Below are positions 36,065-45,179 of a DNA stretch of 47,164 nucleotides, piece after piece. The number at the start of each line of letters is the position of its first letter. Position 1 is the first letter of the stretch. The notes under the pieces are model-generated. The model made no database searches. It was not told where the DNA came from and saw only the letters and a program-made list of their open reading frames with translations. Position numbers and translations under genes: made by a program. Source of the DNA: Candidatus Bipolaricaulota bacterium (GTDB lineage: Bacteria > Bipolaricaulota > Bipolaricaulia > UBA7950 > UBA9294); assembly GCA_023132915.1 (NCBI GenBank), contig JAGLXM010000283.1, positions 1 through 47,164 of the forward strand, read 5' to 3'.

Positions 36065-37345
36065 TCATCGTTTCCGGTGGACAAGGAGTGTGCGCCCTTC
36101 GAGGCGTTCAACGATAACTGGGTCACCGGCGTGGATTCGCCCTTCAAGGGAGCGAGCCTCCCAGTACTCACCCTTGATGAACACCTTTCCATCGGGATCG
36201 AGGTCGCTGCGGGCGTTCCCGATTGCCCCTATCATTCCACTCTTTCCGGTGACCGGTTGCCTGCGCTGGATTAGGAGTCCCTTGGAGATGATGAACACGA
36301 ACAGAGCGGTCATTGTCCCCACAGTGAGGAGGATCGTCGACCAGGAAAGGCCGATCGCGCGGTTGTGGATGTTGAACAAGGTGAACGAACCGACGAGGAG
36401 TGAAACCACCCCCCCAGTAGTCAGGATCCCGTTTGTCGGTGTGAACGCGTCTAGGACCATCAGCACGACTCCAAACAGGACAAGCACGACCCCAACAACG
36501 TTTACTGGGAGAATCTGCAACCCGAGGAAAGCGAGGACAAGACAGATCCCGCCGGCGGCGAGGCCAAAGCCGATCCCCGGGTGGAAGAACTCGTAGATCA
36601 ATCCGTAGAGGCCGAGAATGAACAGGATGTAGACGATGTTGGGATCGGCGAGATAACCCAGAAGCCGCTCGCGCAAGCTCGGTTTGACCTCTTTTACGGG
36701 CAACCCAGCTGTCTGCAGCACACGGCCGTCGGGGAGGGTGTAGCCATCGAGGCGCTCCAGCAGTTCATCGAAGTCGGCGACAACCAGATCGATTACCCCC
36801 TCGGCAAGGGCCTCCGAGGCGGTGAGCGAGCTCGACTCACGCACCGCAGCTTCTGCCCACTCTACGTTGCGGCCGCGCTCCTCGGCGATCGACTTGGCGA
36901 AGGCGACAGCGTCATTGGTCATCTTCTCGGCCATCGTTTCGTCCTGATCCTGCCCGCCTCCCATCAGGTCGACCGGGTGGGCAGCCCCGATGTTCGTCCC
37001 TGGGGCCATTATCGCCACATCGGCGGCCAGGGTGATAAGAACCCCTGCCGAGGCGGCGCGTGCACCGGCCGGCCCTACGAAGACGACAATCGGGACCGCG
37101 GAGGCGAGTTCGGCCATGACGATGTCACGCATTGACTCACCCAGCCCGCCGGGGGTGTTGAGCTCGATTACCAAAAGCGACGCCTGTGACTCTTCAGCCT
37201 GGGCGATCACGCGCAGGACTAGGTCCTTGCTCACCGGGTTGATCGAACCGGTCAGCGGAAGGTGGACAATCCCGCCGTTTCCCCAAACGGCGAGGGAGCT
37301 AGTGAGAGTGACTGCGATCAATAGAGTGACTATTCGCCGTTTCAT
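36065..37345 (-). CDS. nfeD: NfeD-family membrane-bound serine protease (long form)
   Basis: LNTPGG, RAASAG, PGTNIGAAHPV, TM bundle, C-terminal GKVFIKGEYWEA OB fold. Confidence 0.9.
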   Translation of the reverse strand: MKRRIVTLLIAVTLTSSLAVWGNGGIVHLPLTGSINPVSKDLVLRVIAQAEESQASLLVIELNTPGGLGESMRDIVMAELASAVPIVVFVGPAGARAASAGVLITLAADVAIMAPGTNIGAAHPVDLMGGGQDQDETMAEKMTNDAVAFAKSIAEERGRNVEWAEAAVRESSSLTASEALAEGVIDLVVADFDELLERLDGYTLPDGRVLQTAGLPVKEVKPSLRERLLGYLADPNIVYILFILGLYGLIYEFFHPGIGFGLAAGGICLVLAFLGLQILPVNVVGVVLVLFGVVLMVLDAFTPTNGILTTGGVVSLLVGSFTLFNIHNRAIGLSWSTILLTVGTMTALFVFIISKGLLIQRRQPVTGKSGMIGAIGNARSDLDPDGKVFIKGEYWEARSLEGRIHAGDPVIVERLEGRTLLVHRKR

Positions 37346-37418
37346 GACGATCTGACATTACCCATTCGTGGCCCTCGGCGCAACTGCTTTTTGCATATTT
37401 CTTCCATATAAATTTCTT

Positions 37419-37446
37419 GTAACTGTTCAGCTAGCTGGACAGTTAC
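37419..37446. repeat. 28-bp near-perfect palindrome
   Basis: GTAACTGTTCAGCT|AGCTGGACAGTTAC, one mismatch, no spacer. Confidence 0.7.
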
Positions 37447-37606
37447 CGACGATCTACTACAGTGAGGAAGACGCACGAGCAATTGATCGGTACACCCCTT
37501 CGCCTTTCACAAAGGCGAGCGGGCATTTATAGCAATACTAAGGCAAAGGAGGTGGTAGAAGAAGAGCAGTCCTTTCGACCCCGAAAGGGTCACTTGCTTG
37601 CGGGAG

Positions 37607-37690
37607 ACAACGAAATGGTAACCCCGGAGCGATCCAGGCGCGCAAAGCCACGGGTCTCAAAATAAAGAGATAGCCGAGCTACCGAAAGCC
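37607..37690 (+). ncRNA. Cyclic di-GMP-I (GEMM) riboswitch
   Basis: GGTAACCCCGGA-GCGA-TCCAGG-CGCGCAAAGCCACGGGTCTC-aaaataaa-GAGATAGCCGAGCTACCGAA follows the GEMM layout: GGYAA, GNRA loop, CGCAAAGC, second stem, RUAGC...UACCG. Confidence 0.85.
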
Positions 37691-37725
37691 TCCCTGGATG
37701 CGCAAAAAACACATTCAGGAGGTAA

Positions 37726-37845
37726 ATGGAAATGAGCAAAGTGCGTCTTGCCATCGCTTATGAGTCCCAGCCTCTTGAAACAGCTTTCTCCCTTTTTCAA
37801 AAAAGCAAAGGCGTGAATACATCCCCCTCACTTAACATGGTTTAG
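37726..37845 (+). pseudogene. 39-codon ORF behind the riboswitch; probably a truncated gene start
   Basis: SD AGGAGGT, MEMSKVRLAIAYESQP...stop; runs 18 nt into the convergent wecB end. Confidence 0.35.
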
Positions 37846-38946
37846 CAGTATTTCAACGATCCGCTCAGCTGCCCGGCCATCGCCAAACGTGCTTATTGCT
37901 TTCCCCATCTTCTCATAGATGGCAGAATTGTCTAACAGCCGCTGCGTTTCTGTGAATATCTTGTCGCAATCTGTTCCGACTAGCCTAGCAATACCTGCTT
38001 CGACCGCCTCCGGACGCTCGGTCTTTTCCCGCATCACAAGGATCGGTTTCCCCAATGAGGAGGCCTCCTCTTGAATTCCTCCGGAGTCGGTCAATACCAG
38101 GTAGCACTGATTCATCAACCATACAAACCGTTCATAGTCTAACGGTTCAATCAGGCTGATGTTCTCTATTCCTCCTAAGATACGATGTACCGGTTCTTGA
38201 ACACGGGGATTTAAGTGTACGGGGTAGACGATCTGAAGATCCTTGTTGTGCTCTGCGATCTTCTGCAACCCGTAGCAGATCTGCTTAAAGCCCTCACCGA
38301 AGCTCTCTCTTCGATGGCCGGTGACCAAGATCAGTCGCGAATCTCCCCTCGATAGCCCCAGATCGCTGAGCCACTGCTGGCGCGCGATCGGGACTTCTCG
38401 ATTCAAGGTGAAAAATAGGGCATCGATCACCGTGTTTCCCGTGACAAAGATGTTTCCGGAAGGGAATCCTTCCCGGAGCAGGTTTGCTTTAGCTTTTTGT
38501 GTGGGGGCAAACCAGAGATCGGACAGAACATCCACAAGCCTCCGATTGATCTCCTCAGGGAAGGGGTTGAACTTATCAGCTGTACGCAGACCAGCCTCCA
38601 CATGGCCGATCTTGATCTTTAAGTAGTAGGCAGCAAGGCTGGCGACAAATGCCGTCGTGGTGTCCCCCTGGATCAATACGATGTCAGGCCCTTCTTCCTT
38701 TAGCACATCCTCGAGCAATCTGAGGGCACAAGATGTGATGTCAAACAGGCTCTGATCTTCGTGCATAATGTCCAGATCACAGTCGGGTACAATGTGGAAC
38801 ACCTCCAACACCTGGTCGAGCATCTCACGGTGCTGTGCCGTGACGCACACCCGCGATTCGATCAGCGCGGACTTTTGCAATTCCTTGATAACCGGAGCAA
38901 GTTTGATCGCCTCAGGCCTTGTGCCGAAAATCGTTAGAATCTTCAC
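37828..38946 (-). CDS. wecB: UDP-N-acetylglucosamine 2-epimerase (non-hydrolysing)
   Basis: FGTRPEAIKLAP, QGDTTT, HVEAGLRT, PFPEE, HRRESFG, TDSGGIQEEA, TERPE. Confidence 0.95.
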   Translation of the reverse strand: MKILTIFGTRPEAIKLAPVIKELQKSALIESRVCVTAQHREMLDQVLEVFHIVPDCDLDIMHEDQSLFDITSCALRLLEDVLKEEGPDIVLIQGDTTTAFVASLAAYYLKIKIGHVEAGLRTADKFNPFPEEINRRLVDVLSDLWFAPTQKAKANLLREGFPSGNIFVTGNTVIDALFFTLNREVPIARQQWLSDLGLSRGDSRLILVTGHRRESFGEGFKQICYGLQKIAEHNKDLQIVYPVHLNPRVQEPVHRILGGIENISLIEPLDYERFVWLMNQCYLVLTDSGGIQEEASSLGKPILVMREKTERPEAVEAGIARLVGTDCDKIFTETQRLLDNSAIYEKMGKAISTFGDGRAAERIVEILLNHVK

Positions 38947-39004
38947 AAAATGCCTCCGCTATATGCTACAGCTTGGCTTGAGGAAAGAGAAGAGAATCTT
39001 CATT

Positions 39005-39490
39005 TTATTTCTCATATGGGAGGAAGAGAGTCTGAACGCTGTAGGATTCGGGCAGCGAAACAACGACAGTGGTGGTCCTTGGCAGGAAGGCATCACTCCA
39101 ACCGGTAAATTCATAACCTGGCGCTGGTTCAGCCTGTAACTTCACCGGGATGCCTTGAAAGTACGAGCCATGCCAAGGGTAGGTCGTTGGTAAGATCGTG
39201 TTTACCCTAATGGAGCCTTCACCTGATGGCGGTTCGATGGTCAGAAGCGCTGTGCCCATAAGCCCGAACTCCTCGATGATGTGTTCTCGTACAAAGCCCG
39301 GGCGCTGTTTTGCAAAGTCTCTAAGCCCTTGAACATTCGCTAACCATTCTTCAAGAGTTCCTCCCCACTCGCTGCTCCAACGAGCCATCTCCAGAGGGAT
39401 ATCAGGCTCGATGATCGACGCAAGCGCATCGATCTTGGCGATGACATTCGCTTGGTGCAGCGTGGTATTCAGCAAGTCCGCAAACCGAGC
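39005..39490 (-). pseudogene. C-terminal fragment of a CotH-kinase-like protein with a terminal beta-repeat
   Basis: RFADLLNT...IDALASIIEP...RW...FAKQRP...HI, then YFQGIPVKLQAEPAPGYEFTGWS; N-terminal part absent. Confidence 0.6.
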
Positions 39491-39687
39491 TTTTCGTGAA
39501 AACATTCAAAATCAGGGCTATCGAAATATATACTTCTGACGGTATAGGAATTGCTATCCCTTCCGCGACAATGCTCATCCATCTCAAGATGGGGTGCTAG
39601 GAAATCGACCACTCTTTCAGCAACCTCCGGCCGCAGCACGTGTTTCAGTTCGTATCGATGCACCGAGGAATATCGTCCGAGTGTCAC
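39469..39687 (-). pseudogene. N-terminal fragment of a VTC (polyphosphate polymerase) domain protein
   Basis: HRYELKH...MDEH...YTVRSIYFDSPD...FHEK, ending after about 66 residues. Confidence 0.7.
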
Positions 39688-41507
39688 GATGAATCACCTA
39701 GCCAAGAGGGCAAAGGATCGAGGAGGGAAAAGAGGGCGGAAAGGTCCGCTTCCCCTTCCCGAAACATCTCCAGACTTGTCACCCCGAGCATCTCAATCAG
39801 GGCGTTGAAGAAGTTCTCGATCCCTGCAGGGGATGCCGTCATAAGCAGGGGAGGCAGCCACTCCTGAAGGGACACGCCAAGCGAGGCGTTGAGCGCGGCC
39901 AAGAACTCCGTGTTGTCTCCGAAAAACCGCACGAGCGCCGCTGTTACAAGCCCTGGATTCTCCTTGCGGACCTCTGCAATTCCCTCACTGAGCATCCTTC
40001 CCAACTCCTGCGGCAGAGCAAGGTACGGATCCCCGACCGGCTCGCTTCCGGATAGCCACTGGATGAGAAGCGGTCTTGCCTCGGCAGGGGTCCAGTTGAG
40101 CTCCACTGTTCCCCCAGCCACCAGCGTTCCTTCCGCAAAGTCAAAGGCCCAGGCTGTCTTCTCGCTTCGCGCGGGGAGGTAGCCGCCAAACTCGATCTTA
40201 TGCGTAATCGTGACCTCGCGATCGAACTCGACGTGCAGCCCGGTCACCACCGCCCCAACCGTATTTGAGAACATCCCAATGCCCGTTCCGTCGCCCTTGT
40301 AGAAGGTCAGTCCCGCTTCCTCCCTTGTGACCGGATGTCCTTCCCTTAGCGCAGTCCGGTGGGCTCTGATGCGGCTTTCCGTGGCTTTCCCGAGCAGGCT
40401 GTAGGAGTAAGGGTCCTGTGGCAGTCCCACCTCTTCCCCCCAGATCAGATAGCCGGCAAACCAGGGCTTGTTGCTCAGCACGGAGAAAGCCGCTGAAAAC
40501 GCGTCTGCTTGCTCGGCCGCATCGGGTGAACCGGGCCACACATAATTCCACGGGGCTTGATTGGCCCCGTCCTTACTCTGGTAGCCCAGCTCCCAAAAGA
40601 CGATCCGTCTGTCATACTGCGCAGAGAGCCGTTCCAAGTCTTTCACGATGTCCTGGCCATTTGCGTCCTCATACCATGCGGATTCAAGTTCTTCAACGGT
40701 GGGATCGTTCTTCCGCGTTAGGTCGAAGTAGGCGCTGATCCCAATGAAATCAAGTGATTGCCAAGGAGACCAGCGAAGAACCCTCTCGTACTCATCACGG
40801 CTGGCCCACCAGTTGGTGAGATAGGAGAGCTTTCCGCTGTAGATCTCCCTCAGTTCGACGATCGCTTGTTGCCATTCATCTTGATAGGAAAGCATGCTTT
40901 CAAACTCCCAACCCAAAAGCATGGCCTCCACGCCCTCTTCCTCGGCGAGGGCCGCGTAGTCTCGGAGAATCTCGCGCCAGTTCTCAAACCATATCCCGAC
41001 GTCTGTGGGCGCCAGATCCCCTACCCAATCCTCGATGACCTTCCCCTCAAATCTCCGTTCAGACTCGACCAATAGATAGGGCAGAAGGACAACACCAAGG
41101 CCGAGTCTATGGGCTTCCTCAATGGCGTGTCCCAAAGTCTGTCGGGAAGGGGTATGACTTGGGTCGGGATGAGGGTTCAATGCGGTCAAAGAGTCTTGAA
41201 CAAGCGGGACGATGAGGCCTACGTGCTGGACCCCTAGGGCGGTCTTAAGCCGTACGAGCTCTTCGGATAGCTTGTCGGAGGCGTAAGCGCTCTGCGTCCA
41301 CCCAAGGTACCAGACGCCCTTAATATCACCCAAGGACAGCAGTGCTTCGAGAGAATGACGGTCAAACGCGGCCGGCTGAGACGACAGTCCGAGTTGACTG
41401 AAAAAGGCGGAAAACATCACCAGCCAGAATGCTGTGCCGACCAAGATCATCCTTATCAACGAACCCACAACGTATCCCCCCTTACTAATCTCCACAGATA
41501 TTCCCAA
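39684..41507 (-). CDS. GH113-like TIM-barrel glycoside hydrolase with an uncharacterised C-terminal domain
   Basis: N-terminal TM; LGWEFE, YSGKLSYLTNW, DFIGISAYF, IVFWELGYQS, EQADAF. Confidence 0.7.
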   Translation of the reverse strand: MGISVEISKGGYVVGSLIRMILVGTAFWLVMFSAFFSQLGLSSQPAAFDRHSLEALLSLGDIKGVWYLGWTQSAYASDKLSEELVRLKTALGVQHVGLIVPLVQDSLTALNPHPDPSHTPSRQTLGHAIEEAHRLGLGVVLLPYLLVESERRFEGKVIEDWVGDLAPTDVGIWFENWREILRDYAALAEEEGVEAMLLGWEFESMLSYQDEWQQAIVELREIYSGKLSYLTNWWASRDEYERVLRWSPWQSLDFIGISAYFDLTRKNDPTVEELESAWYEDANGQDIVKDLERLSAQYDRRIVFWELGYQSKDGANQAPWNYVWPGSPDAAEQADAFSAAFSVLSNKPWFAGYLIWGEEVGLPQDPYSYSLLGKATESRIRAHRTALREGHPVTREEAGLTFYKGDGTGIGMFSNTVGAVVTGLHVEFDREVTITHKIEFGGYLPARSEKTAWAFDFAEGTLVAGGTVELNWTPAEARPLLIQWLSGSEPVGDPYLALPQELGRMLSEGIAEVRKENPGLVTAALVRFFGDNTEFLAALNASLGVSLQEWLPPLLMTASPAGIENFFNALIEMLGVTSLEMFREGEADLSALFSLLDPLPSWLGDSS

Positions 41508-43602
41508 ACACGTCTTCTGCCGGTTTTCCTAGTACACCATACATTTTGTGTATTTTGGGCAGGCCAATCCGCTCCGCGTAGATGCCGTATCCTTGGAACC
41601 ACTCGATGCCTGAAAACACACTCAGAAAGGCTTCCCAGCAATCCGCCTGCTCGCCCAGATCCTCCTTCCCAGAGCGGGGAAAATCCCAAGGATAGATATT
41701 GGTCCCGTCTTTGCTCGTATAGCCAATCTCCCAGAACACGATGGGTTTTCCATACTCATGGTGCAGTGCTTCCAGATCTGCTAGGACGTCCTGGCCTTTG
41801 CGGTCACTGTTCCAAGCAGCCTTGAGGTCCTCTATGGACGGGTCGGCTTCGTTCGTGAGTTCAAAGTAGCCGGTTACCCCAATGTAGTCGAGGTGCCGCC
41901 ATTGTGTCATCTCCTTAACCTGTTGGTACTCAACTCGGTCGGCCCAGAAGTTCACCGAATAGCCAAGCTTGCCGTGATAGATGCTCTTCACTGCGACGAT
42001 TAGCCTGTTCCAGTCATCCGTTCGGTTGCGCAGTGTCGCAAGCTCGGAGCCTAGGAGCAGAACCTCAACATGGGTCTCCTCGGCAAGCGTCGCATAATGG
42101 AGGAGGATCTCACGCCAGTGGTCGAACCACAGTTCGACATTGTTGGGCCTGATTGCTCCTTCCCAACTCCCATCATCGGGGAATAGCGGGGTAAGGAGGA
42201 TCACCCCCATCCCCATGCGATGGATCTGGCGGATCACGTTTCGAAGCGCCTCATCGGACGCGGTCCTCTCGAGATCGCGATGGGGATTCGAGGAGGTGAT
42301 ATCGTCTTGGTACGTGATGGCAAAAAGGCCTATGTAGTTAGAACAAAGCCGCGATTGGATCTGCCATAAATCATTGATCACACTGGATTGCTGATAGCTT
42401 TCCTTGTCCCAACCAAGATACCATACGGCGCGGATGGGAGAATGGTCCTCATCTTCCGAAGAAGCTCCGCTTTCTTGGAGCGCCAGTAACGCCTCCAAAG
42501 TGTCAAACGCGTAGGCATCGTGAGTTGTAGCTGAGAATGCGCCGTAGACAGGAGATTGCCGAGCCGCCTGTTGACTGGGGATAAGCTTCTCCGAAACGAT
42601 TGCACCGGCAAACGCGGCATCCCCCAGTCTGAGCGCCGTTTGCGCGGTCAGAGCGTACACAGCAATGTTCTCCCAAGCCACTAGCGGAGTCCCTGCTTCA
42701 GGATCATAACGGCCGAGTATCTTGCCATTTCTGGCATATTCTTCCTTCACGAAGCCGAGGAAGGCTCGCGCGGCGTCAAGAGCTGCCGAGTCCGGATCGC
42801 TGTGGCCGTAGACGGCGAGTTGATAGGCGATCTGGGCCATGTGAAGCATGCTGCCGTCGCCCTTTTCATACAGTTGCTCAGCCGGAAGATAGTTTTGATA
42901 GAACAGGCCTTGATCTGTTGTCCCCGCAAGGACGATCTCGAGGTTTGCAGCAAGCGGTGCTTCCCAAGATCGATCCCACCAGGCGAGCCCCCTCATCCCT
43001 GCAAAGTTCAGTTGAGCCAGGACCACCCTGTCGCCATATTCCACGAAACTGAAGTCAGGCTTCCAGGCGGCGTAGTAGCGTAGCGTCTTATCTGGGGCGA
43101 GATTATAGGTTTTGAGACCATCACCGATCCTGAAGGCAAGATCCCAGTAGAACTCCTCTCCCCAAAGATCATAGGCCGAGAGAAGCACGTCCACCAGCCT
43201 CAAGCTCTCCCCCGGGTCGTTGGAATAGGTACCCCAGGAGCTCTGCATTGGACGCATGTGGGTATTCAACTTCCAGTGCAAAAGCCCAACAGGTTCTGCC
43301 AAGAAGCAGTTCTTGATCAGCTTCACCTGTTGGTCGAAGAGCTGTTGATCCCCTGAGCCAGTCGCATAATGCATGAGCAGGCTGCTGTTCTGAAGCAGGA
43401 CGTCATGTCCAGCGGCCAGCTCCTCTTGAGGAGTAACAACGGCCCGATATTGAGTATGGATGCCCCCTTGTGCATTCATCATTTTGACCAAGATGAACGT
43501 GAGGGCCTGGTGAACAGGTGAGACCGAAGCCGCAGCGCCAAGGAGCATCGATCCCAAGGAAGACAGGAGGACCAGGATCACAAGCACTCTCTTGGCCGTC
43601 AT
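41485..43602 (-). CDS. Secreted fusion of a GH8-like (alpha/alpha)6 domain and a GH113-like domain
   Basis: Signal peptide from ATG 43602 (ATGA overlap with GT2). N-domain LMHYA..DQQLFD..LLHWK..LRLVDVLLSAYDLW...AYAFDTL; C-domain LGSEL, YHGKLGYSVNFW, DYIGVTGYF, PIVFWEIGY. Confidence 0.7.
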   Translation of the reverse strand: MTAKRVLVILVLLSSLGSMLLGAAASVSPVHQALTFILVKMMNAQGGIHTQYRAVVTPQEELAAGHDVLLQNSSLLMHYATGSGDQQLFDQQVKLIKNCFLAEPVGLLHWKLNTHMRPMQSSWGTYSNDPGESLRLVDVLLSAYDLWGEEFYWDLAFRIGDGLKTYNLAPDKTLRYYAAWKPDFSFVEYGDRVVLAQLNFAGMRGLAWWDRSWEAPLAANLEIVLAGTTDQGLFYQNYLPAEQLYEKGDGSMLHMAQIAYQLAVYGHSDPDSAALDAARAFLGFVKEEYARNGKILGRYDPEAGTPLVAWENIAVYALTAQTALRLGDAAFAGAIVSEKLIPSQQAARQSPVYGAFSATTHDAYAFDTLEALLALQESGASSEDEDHSPIRAVWYLGWDKESYQQSSVINDLWQIQSRLCSNYIGLFAITYQDDITSSNPHRDLERTASDEALRNVIRQIHRMGMGVILLTPLFPDDGSWEGAIRPNNVELWFDHWREILLHYATLAEETHVEVLLLGSELATLRNRTDDWNRLIVAVKSIYHGKLGYSVNFWADRVEYQQVKEMTQWRHLDYIGVTGYFELTNEADPSIEDLKAAWNSDRKGQDVLADLEALHHEYGKPIVFWEIGYTSKDGTNIYPWDFPRSGKEDLGEQADCWEAFLSVFSGIEWFQGYGIYAERIGLPKIHKMYGVLGKPAEDVFGNICGD

Positions 43603-44894
43603 TTTACCATCTCCCCAACTGCATAGCGTTTGGTCTTGACCCAGTGAGGTTTTTTGTGAGCGAGGATGCTCCCCCACCCCCAAATGAGTACCGGAATCCA
43701 ATGATAGGCATAGATCACCGACAGCGGAACCAGCACCGCGATTTTTCTTGCGGGTATCTTTGCCCATAGCAATCCCAGGATCACCATCGGGATGAAGCTA
43801 AAGGAGTTGGCAAGTAGGAAGGCAAGGCCAAAACTGTTCGTGATGGTAACTACTGCGGCAAGGTGAAGAACGGAGAGGAGCAAGGAGGAGACAACGACGA
43901 ACGGGACGATCCAAAAACTGAGATAGTAGAGTAGATCTAGCTTCCTTGCCAAAGGAAGCTTGGCTTTGAGGACCCTTCCTCCCAACACATGTTTCAGGAA
44001 CACCTGCAACGCCCCCCATGCCCAGCGATGGCGCTGCTTAAACAACGCCTTATAGGACTCCACTCCTTCCTGCTCCACCCACCTGTTCAAGAATCGTATC
44101 CTTCCTCCCTGCAGGTGAACCCGGACCCCGATGTCCAAATCCTCGGTGAGAGCGCACTCATCCCAGCAGCCTTCCTCGTGGCGGAGACGGTCGAGGACGC
44201 TTGCGCGGATGAACTGACCGTTTCCCCCGAGAGCCACCGCCCCCGAGGTTCGGTCGCGGACGGTCTGGGTAATGAACGAGAACGTGGTGAATTCGACACC
44301 CTGGAGAGCTGCAAGCAGGTTATGGCCATTCCTGATTCTCACCCCGCACTGCGAAGCGGAAACCGAAGCGTCGCGGAATACCCTCGCAACCTCAGTGAAT
44401 AGGTCTTGCTCCATCGCTCTCCCATCGGCGTCGAAGACTCCAATCAGCCAGTCTTCCGGTTCTCTTTGAGGGAAACGTGCACACAGATGGGAAAAGCCAT
44501 GATTCAACGCGTCTCCCTTTCCTCGCCGCGAACGGGACGCTCCTCTTGACAATAGGAGGACGTTCTCATACACGGTGCCTAGCCTCTCAGCGATCTCCGC
44601 GGTACTGTCGTCGCTGTTATCATCGATGATCAGCACCTCTAATCGGCCGGAATAGGGGAGGGTCAACAGGTTGAGGATCGTCCTTTCAAGCACCCTCTCT
44701 TCATTGAGCGCGGGAATCATGACGGTAATGATTGGGGGATCTTCGACCGAATCGGGAGCGATTCCGTCCGTATTTACCCTGCTTTTCTTCCGATACGAAA
44801 TGTGACAGCCGAGGAAATATAGGCACAGAAAGAGATTGTAAAGGACACAGTAAAAGAGGAAAAAGAAGGTGAGAACGTTGGTTGAAAGTGTCAT
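43599..44894 (-). CDS. Processive GT2 glycosyltransferase (PgaC/YdaM/PssC-like polysaccharide synthase)
   Basis: IPALNEE, IDDNSDD, GKGDALN, FDADG, LTEDLD, QRHRW (QxxRW); flanking TM helices. Confidence 0.9.
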   Translation of the reverse strand: MTLSTNVLTFFFLFYCVLYNLFLCLYFLGCHISYRKKSRVNTDGIAPDSVEDPPIITVMIPALNEERVLERTILNLLTLPYSGRLEVLIIDDNSDDSTAEIAERLGTVYENVLLLSRGASRSRRGKGDALNHGFSHLCARFPQREPEDWLIGVFDADGRAMEQDLFTEVARVFRDASVSASQCGVRIRNGHNLLAALQGVEFTTFSFITQTVRDRTSGAVALGGNGQFIRASVLDRLRHEEGCWDECALTEDLDIGVRVHLQGGRIRFLNRWVEQEGVESYKALFKQRHRWAWGALQVFLKHVLGGRVLKAKLPLARKLDLLYYLSFWIVPFVVVSSLLLSVLHLAAVVTITNSFGLAFLLANSFSFIPMVILGLLWAKIPARKIAVLVPLSVIYAYHWIPVLIWGWGSILAHKKPHWVKTKRYAVGEMVK

Positions 44895-45157
44895 TGGCGC
44901 TTCTCTCCACTCGGAGACCGGGCAAGGTCAGCACCAGGGATTGCGATGGTCTCAGCGATCTCATCGTTTCTTACCGCTGCAATCTCCTCTCCCTTTTCCA
45001 TGCGGGCCACGGCCCAGTACAGAAGCTCAAGGGCCACCTTCAAAACCTCCGTACGCGAGGCGGCTCCCATCAGCCTCTTGAGGCGATCAAGTTTCTTGAT
45101 CGTCTGGTCCGGGAAGATGAACTGGACTCTTCTTTTGGCCATGCCATCCGTTTTCAT
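44891..45157 (-). CDS. Ribbon-helix-helix (CopG-like) small protein
   Basis: KRRVQFIFPDQTIKKLDRLKRLMGAASRTEVLKVALEL; SD AGGAGGAGG before ATG 45157; stop overlaps the GT2 start. Confidence 0.7.
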   Translation of the reverse strand: MKTDGMAKRRVQFIFPDQTIKKLDRLKRLMGAASRTEVLKVALELLYWAVARMEKGEEIAAVRNDEIAETIAIPGADLARSPSGEKRQ

Positions 45158-45179
45158 AATCGCCTCCTCCTTCCAAGCG

